Assembly: GCA_020441045.1 (NCBI GenBank)
Contig: JAGRMV010000002.1
Coordinates: forward strand, 1-35,262
Length of the DNA: 35,262 nucleotides
DNA from: Deltaproteobacteria bacterium
GTDB taxonomy: Bacteria; Bdellovibrionota_G; JALEGL01; JAGRMV01
Direction of reading: 5' to 3'
In this document: positions 35,133-35,262 of the stretch, in pieces
Layout of the letters: each line of letters opens with the position of its first letter
Numbering within the stretch: position 1 is the first letter of the stretch
Notes under the pieces: generated by a model
What the model was told of the DNA's origin: nothing
The model's database searches: none
The model's input: only the letters and a program-made list of their open reading frames with translations
Position numbers and translations under genes: made by a program

Positions 35133-35262
35133 ATGCCCAAACAACTAGATATATGGAAAGGTGATTTTGGCGAGCAATGGGCCATTCGAAACGGTAACAC
35201 CCAGGAAAACATTAGCAAACGTATACACATGTTTCAGCGTATTTTTTCAAATGTTCCTGAAG
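35133..35262 (+). CDS. 5' fragment of a probable SAM-dependent methyltransferase (nonulosonic-acid-cluster-associated type); runs off the window
   Basis: The frame opens at ATG 35133 and stays open to the window end: 'MPKQLDIWKGDFGEQWAIRNGNTQENISKRIHMFQRIFSNVPE'. The 'W.G.FG..Y/W..RN' opening resembles pseudaminic-acid-associated methylases, from memory. It is divergent from 34039-35091 with only a 41-bp gap. Confidence 0.4.
   Translation, partial: MPKQLDIWKGDFGEQWAIRNGNTQENISKRIHMFQRIFSNVPE

Noticed and set aside
35009-35230. 73-aa minus-strand ORF spanning the divergent 34039-35091 / 35133+ junction
   Set aside because: It overlaps the start regions of two better-supported genes on both strands, and its translation has no signal or motif.
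1-35262. Search for CRISPR arrays, tRNA/rRNA genes, IS elements, integrases, and toxin-antitoxin or phage-defence genes
   Set aside because: No regularly spaced direct repeats, cloverleaf-like segments, transposase (DDE) or recombinase motifs, or defence-type domains were recognised in any frame.

Overview
This low-GC, gene-dense window holds about 30 genes, mostly on the minus strand. It reads as a composite cell-surface glycan locus of a diderm bacterium. No rRNA, tRNA, CRISPR array, transposase or integrase was recognised. All family calls rest on motifs read by eye, with no database search.

Modules, from left to right:
1. 22-4446 (-): wecC/wecA/wecB/wecG-like genes for a polyprenyl-PP-GlcNAc-ManNAc(A) primer.
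2. 4600-6049 (+): a Wzm/Wzt-type ABC-2 exporter.
3. 6061-13253 (-): a CgeB-like glycosyltransferase, then three tandem paralogues of an uncharacterised two-domain protein (helical N-domain plus a C-domain with GDGE and DVGAM blocks, possibly GT-D-like), then a fourth copy with the N-domain only.
4. 13649-19235 (-): a translationally coupled operon matching the actinobacterial decaprenyl-phospho-D-arabinofuranose pathway. It has a HAD-UbiA fusion, GtrA, DprE1 and DprE2. It ends in a polytopic membrane protein cut by one in-frame TAA.
5. 19394-23517 (-): a TolC/MFP/MacB tripartite pump.
6. 23624-26013: a frameshifted ugd divergent from an intact UDP-xylose synthase.
7. 26121-29385 (+): a small membrane protein, a SAM methyltransferase with an in-frame TAA, and a membrane-anchored sulfatase-family transferase.
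8. 29391-35091 (-): a capsule-synthesis-like protein and an MBOAT (AlgI-like) flanked by two paralogous SGNH-like partners.
9. 35133-35262 (+): the 5' end of a methyltransferase.

The most interesting items are the paralogue array, the DPA-like operon in a Gram-negative context, and the three (possibly four) disrupted genes.
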